NCBI GenBank assembly: GCA_016432625.1
Contig: CP066697.1
Coordinates: 279,363-343,362, forward strand
Origin: Candidatus Berkelbacteria bacterium
GTDB lineage: Bacteria; Patescibacteriota; UBA1384; 2-12-FULL-50-11
Reading direction: 5' to 3'
DNA length: 64,000 bases
Part shown: positions 63,915-64,000 of the stretch, piece after piece
How the letters are laid out: every line of letters starts with the position of its first letter
Numbering within the stretch: position 1 is the first letter of the stretch
Notes under the pieces: generated by a model
What the model was told of the DNA's origin: nothing
The model's database searches: none
What the model saw: only the letters and a program-made list of their open reading frames with translations
Position numbers and translations under genes: made by a program

Positions 63915-64000
63915 CCCTAATTTCCTAGCATATGCTATGGCAATGGCCGGTCGTGATGACCGGCCAATACTTGGGAGCGAGCGGTTACTCGCGAGAGATG

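Overview
The window is a gene-dense piece of a small-genome bacterium with a backbone of roughly 45-50% GC. Gene content (split transketolase, short IF-2, short Obg, compact operons) is consistent with a Patescibacteria/CPR-like organism; that is inference. Backbone genes run from glycolysis and stress genes (tkt C-terminal subunit, fba, gap, cysteine desulfurase, Fe/Mn SOD, nfo), through uvrC, uvrA, uvrB, a polysaccharide sugar-transferase/glycosyltransferase pair, gyrB, gyrA, infB and obg, to the rpoB-rpoC-rpsL-rpsG-fusA // tuf-rpsJ cluster. Three parts are clearly atypical. (1) An 11.4 kb block at about 58% GC (15.2-26.6 kb) lies between uvrC and uvrA. It holds about 25 co-directional small genes, mostly membrane proteins and lipoproteins plus a pseudopilin and a PlsC-like acyltransferase. 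It is bounded by inverted copies of an ~80 bp GC-rich hairpin repeat (R) and by direct copies of a ~55 bp stem-loop (S) whose stems differ by compensatory substitutions. (2) A second GC-rich two-gene module (10.2-13.4 kb) encodes large proteins with no recognisable domains, next to a Cas4-like PD-(D/E)XK nuclease. (3) A ~1.9 kb insertion splits the normally contiguous fusA-tuf pair. It contains a ~1 kb unit with ~100 bp terminal inverted repeats built from the same R/S modules. Inside that unit is a 67-aa hydrophobic-protein gene with its own promoter, RBS and terminators, and a convergent promoter-plus-terminator unit, giving a type I toxin-antitoxin-like layout. No rRNA, tRNA or CRISPR array was recognised by eye. 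All calls rest on reading the sequence and recalled family motifs. No database search was possible.
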